This document shows, in pieces, positions 62,601 through 64,000 of a stretch of 64,000 nt of DNA. Source of the stretch: Planctomycetota bacterium (lineage in GTDB: Bacteria > Planctomycetota > UBA8108 > SXIK01); NCBI GenBank assembly GCA_965223265.1, contig OZ244999.1:576001-640000 (forward strand), given 5' to 3'. A program made the position numbers and the translations under genes. Every line of letters starts with the position of its first letter. Position 1 is the stretch's first letter. Below the pieces are notes generated by a model. It had not been told where the DNA came from and searched no databases. It worked only from the letters and a program-made list of their open reading frames with translations.

Positions 62601-63422
62601 CCTGACACGGCGTTCGATCTCATCGGCGGCGGCCATGCCACGGCGCTAGGCAGCGTCGAGCGCGTCACCTCCGGCGCCCCAATCGGTCTGGGAATCACAC
62701 AGCGGCGCATCGTTGACCTGCGGTTTTCGTGGCCACGCATCGACTTCGTTCCCATCATCGGCGTCGACATCGTCTCACCGCAGCTCTCCGGCGAGCTGGG
62801 AACCGTTCTCGAAGTCACGCGGCTCGACGCAATGCCGGTCGGAACGCTGCCGCCAGTCGCGGCAGGAGACTTGTTCCCGAGTTACTGGATCGTCGAGGAC
62901 CGTGGTCCAGATCAACTCACGATGGGGTCACTATCGGTCGAGCTCGGAGACGGATTGATCACGCCCGAACTCGTCGAGAACCCCAGCGCCATGCGACTCT
63001 TTGGCCGGACCTCGCGTACAAACGGACCGTGGACCCTACGAAGCGTCGGCACGCAAGCGGTCACTCAAGGCGAGGTCACCTTCGGTCCTGGCGATGTCAC
63101 CGGACAGCTGGCGGTTGTCATCGGCGATCCTAGCGACGTGTTCGGCCTTCTGCGTGGTGACTGTAATGGCGACGGGGGAGTGGACATCTCCGACGGTATC
63201 TTCCACCTCAATTCCCTCTTTGTCCTCGGCTCGGAGCAAACCGATTGCCTCGAAGCGTGCAACTCAAACGACGACGACGCCAGCGACATCTCCGACGCAA
63301 TCTTCACGTTCAACTTCCTTTTCGTTGCCGGCAGCGAGACGATTCCTTCCCCTTATCCGGTGTGCGGGCCCGATCCAGCGATCGCTATGAGCTTGGGCTG
63401 CGAACGTTTCGGTTGCGAGTAG
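59631..63422 (+). CDS. Large secreted protein with DxDxDG...DCDD metal-binding repeats, LamG domain and dockerin
   Basis: Signal-like N-terminus; W/YYxDxDxDG...DCxD repeats; INDGGWHHVV...WLDGQLD; RGDCNGDGGVDISD. Confidence 0.85.
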   Translation: MSHKIPTTHDSQKASASIRALATDCLCVLTFLLMFNATAPAVAGTCKDGDCSYSSSAGTISIGTQGSKLDDINLLFFDEDGNPQQELDIKNKTAASCTFKSGPYCDGSPGSWFGSCLNGGCDTTGGGNRTYTFRSTLVATDVIRVTTDSLLAYARGDDSTDLSVGWDGGERGFVSDGGFQPRSQSDFFVEQILDGTDLGMERHIFPLSGEYKVERCFTTGNCDCSNQCTSATLLVSWPTPGGTIGWADGASDSRTACGPTGVDSVLSSESPFVLNSSVVEVSWESYRDTSAIVAVGDNDVGKWFAIAGASELTLSVSALQGRLAEFIDSPSAGKTVQFRRVFHDRLRDETTYSNTVSVQLTGNDDEMPTIQNKSQAVCSLVDLQLMQIDLPARCTGGAGSTTYQWMRFTPLDPVPEIISGAVSSTYKPNSLPEGLPVFFNCVVSCTIGGSTCDFLSETAMLFFQPGAGLVYYPDFDFDGFPDLNGEPIESCLGTPEGYAHESLEADCFPALSRNFPGQRWYIDFDFDGAPDEESEIVSCTTPPDHPSGRDYKPLAEFAIQEFDCNDQDPAVTPAQIWYLDADEDGYPEGTTLERCERTGGYRLASELASTIEIDCDDADPEINPETVWVADADMDGYGNDAAPLSTGCERPQSGFLLSELLGSDCDDTTEAITAAQPWYRDLDLDGYPAAEVEGGDVPWTSVQCGPGGGFDFQPADLVTIDEVDCDDNIRRRRPDQRWYPDADGDGRGDSMSTGYVACLPVNESDVVNHLDCDDSNSDPEACAPFTDPGNALAFGDNTAALKVRDSSRFLVVADRDFSISLWLSVLPDSFEQFVMSKGHPCRGADVNQFWALTVTPSGDVRFQIQTLSTNHVEILSQTPINDGGWHHVVVRREGDELTIWLDGQLDAVVISSLVHSVEVTEPVRFGAPALDAGDAPSDSCGSGFSGSLDEVSFWGIALREISIQLEDFHTLRTGEPGAVAYWQFNESPQEPDTAFDLIGGGHATALGSVERVTSGAPIGLGITQRRIVDLRFSWPRIDFVPIIGVDIVSPQLSGELGTVLEVTRLDAMPVGTLPPVAAGDLFPSYWIVEDRGPDQLTMGSLSVELGDGLITPELVENPSAMRLFGRTSRTNGPWTLRSVGTQAVTQGEVTFGPGDVTGQLAVVIGDPSDVFGLLRGDCNGDGGVDISDGIFHLNSLFVLGSEQTDCLEACNSNDDDASDISDAIFTFNFLFVAGSETIPSPYPVCGPDPAIAMSLGCERFGCE

Positions 63423-63542
63423 ACTGGAGCGCTGCAAATGGTTGCTGTCTGCCTGCTACTTTGAAGATCGAGTTGGCGGCGGTGCGTCTGGCGCGGCAGC
63501 CGAAAAACGGCACGCACCGCATGTGTCCCCGAACGCCTCAAG

Positions 63543-63575
63543 AAAAAAACCCCAAGCTCGTAGGAGCTTGAGGTT
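63543..63575 (-). terminator. Terminator downstream of tRNA-Glu
   Basis: AACCCCAAGCTC-GTAG-GAGCTTGAGGTT hairpin with T-run on the minus strand. Confidence 0.7.
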
Positions 63576-63581
63576 GCGTGC

Positions 63582-63659
63582 TGGTGACCCCATGGGGATT
63601 TGAACCCCAGTTACAAGGATGAGAACCTTGTGTCCTAGGCCAGGCTAGACGATGGGGCC
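63582..63659 (-). tRNA. tRNA-Glu (CTC)
   Basis: Reverse complement GGCCCCATCGTCTAGCCTGGCCTAGGACACAAGGTT-CTC-ATCCTTGTAACTGGGGTTCAAATCCCCATGGGGTCACCA. Confidence 0.95.
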
Positions 63660-63733
63660 TCATTCTTCGTCGTAGCGAGCCGCGTTAGGACGCTCGCTAC
63701 GAAGGCGCTATGATAGGAGTTGCCGCGAGGCGG

Positions 63734-64000
63734 TCAAGGGGGAAGTTGGGCTCCGTCCTTGGTCTTCGTCCCTGGGACAATCTGAAGTGGCGGCCGGTCG
63801 AAACGGGCGCGCACCCGGTTGACGGTCCGCAGAACACGCGGTCGACCGACAAGAGCTCTCTCGAGCCGGAATTTGCCCGGAAACTCGATGAGAATCAGCC
63901 CCATGAACATCGTCAGGATGCCTTGCCCCGGGAGGACGAGCATGGCGGTGCCGGAGACCAGGAAGATCGCTCCGAGGGCGTTCTTTGCCAGCCTCCAGAG
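63734..64000 (-). CDS. PGPGW-like small membrane protein (5' end outside window)
   Basis: KNALGAIFLVSGTAMLVLPGQGILTMFMGLILIEFPGK. Confidence 0.75.
   Translation of the reverse strand, partial: LWRLAKNALGAIFLVSGTAMLVLPGQGILTMFMGLILIEFPGKFRLERALVGRPRVLRTVNRVRARFDRPPLQIVPGTKTKDGAQLPP

Noticed and set aside
63582-63659. tRNA-Glu or tRNA-Gln as an island attachment site
   Set aside because: No duplicated tRNA 3' end or integrase was seen in the window.

Overview
GC-rich bacterial DNA, most consistent with Planctomycetota (ECF sigma/Ser-Thr kinase modules, PVC-type heme c protein, dockerin-tailed secreted proteins). The left part (1-18.4 kb) is mostly housekeeping: argS, leuB, SDR, gltX, tRNA-Gln, lipA, and an FHA-kinase-ECF operon. 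The centre (18.4-43.6 kb) is a polymorphic Rhs toxin locus on the minus strand: a TPR gene, a full-length signal-peptide Rhs, its immunity gene, and four downstream orphan toxin-fragment/immunity cassettes. Nearly every cassette junction carries one ~20-bp motif, AAAACGA(A/C)CCT(G/C)GGAC(G/A)GG(T/A)TT, often as mini-arrays with short stuttered duplications. The same motif forms the inverted ends of an HUH/Y1 (IS200/RAYT-like) transposase element present as two damaged copies plus remnants. This suggests a Y1-transposase-associated, integron-like cassette array (inference). The cognate immunity protein of the ART-like toxin resembles EF-Tu domain III. An IS4 and a 5-gene DDE/ExeA element inserted later, each with intact target-site duplications. 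The right part holds mgtC, LOG, an M14 peptidase, DUF4132 with a ubiquitin-like VGG partner, a heme protein, an ECF sigma, a kinase-hydrolase-cyclase fusion, dockerin proteins and tRNA-Glu. All family calls come from reading motifs by eye; no database searches were run.
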